Shown piece after piece: positions 63,183 to 64,000 of a DNA stretch of 64,000 nucleotides. The notes under the pieces are model-generated. The model was not told the DNA's origin and searched no databases. It worked only from the letters and a program-made list of their open reading frames with translations. The position numbers and the translations under genes are program-made. The stretch's first letter is position 1; each line of letters starts with the position of its first letter. Source of the stretch: Chiloscyllium plagiosum (lineage: Eukaryota); assembly GCF_004010195.1 (NCBI RefSeq), contig NC_057728.1, forward strand, positions 44,082,569 through 44,146,568. Direction: 5' to 3'.

Positions 63183-64000
63183 CTTTTTTTTATCAGTCAT
63201 GGGATATGAATAAGGCTGGCATTTATTGGCCATCCTGAGTTTCTTTTGAGAAGGTGTTGGTGAGCTGTCTTCCTGAGCCATTGCAATCCATTTGGTATAT
63301 TTATACACACAACACCATGAGACAGAGACTTCCAGGATTTTGAGCCAGTGACACTGAAGAAATGATATATTTCCATGATGAATAGCTTGGAGGAGAACTT
63401 GGAGAGGAACTTTGTGGCGTTCCCACATAATTTTCACCCTTGCCTGTCTAGATGGAAGTAGTCACAGGTTTGAAAGGTGCTGTGTAAAGAGCCTTGATGA
63501 ATTTCTGCAGTGCATCTTGGGTATGGTACACACTGAGGTTACTGTACATCAGTGCTGGGGGGGTATGAATGTTTGTGGATGTGATGCCAATCAAATGGGC
63601 CGCTTTATGCTCGATGGTGCCAAGCATCTTGAGTATTATTATATCAGCGCTCATCCTGACGAGTGGGGAGTATTCAATCATACTCCTGACTTGTGCCTTG
63701 TAGATGGTGGACAGGCTTTGTGTAGTCAGGAGGTGAGTTATACTTTGCAGGATTCCTTGCCTCTGACCTGCTCTTTTAGCAACTGTATTATTTATATGGC
63801 TAATCTAGTTCATTTTTTGGTCAATGGTAATCCCCAGGATGTTGATAATGGGGTATTCAGTGACGGTCATACCATTGAATGTGGAGAGATAATGGTTAGA
63901 ATCTCTTTTGTTGGAATGTTAGTGTCTGGCACTTGTACAGCATGTATGATACTTTTCACTTGTCAGTCCAAACTTGGATGTTGTCAGGTCTTGTTGTATT
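63183..64000 (-). mobile_element. CR1-clade LINE 3' portion (family of 18170-21010), running off the window end
   Basis: Collinear with 18170-18890; ORF 63448-63681 MIEYSPL..LGTIEHKAAHLIG. Confidence 0.85.

Overview
AT-rich, repeat-dense vertebrate DNA, most likely from an elasmobranch (shark). This is inferred from HE1-type V-SINEs, HER1/CR1 LINEs and DeuSINE-like elements. The only host coding sequence I can support is one 571-nt internal exon (25406-25976, +) of the protein O-mannosyltransferase gene TMTC2, equivalent to exon 2. The rest is presumably intron 1 and intron 2, filled with decayed CR1, Rex1, RTE, L2 and Tx1 LINEs, SINEs and LTR-like segments. Points of interest: (i) about 13 short, often palindromic elements with 9-16 bp TSDs, in four sequence families, each carrying a minimal hammerhead-ribozyme motif whose helices covary between families (Penelope-like pLTR derivatives); (ii) three different decayed tRNA genes (Ile, Asn, Thr) within 650 bp; (iii) a ~500-bp-arm inverted duplication containing a tRNA-derived tandem array and a tRNA-Ser fragment just upstream of the exon; (iv) a 100-bp locally templated insertion inside a LINE tail. 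All repeat family names were assigned by eye from remembered consensus motifs, and many boundaries are approximate.
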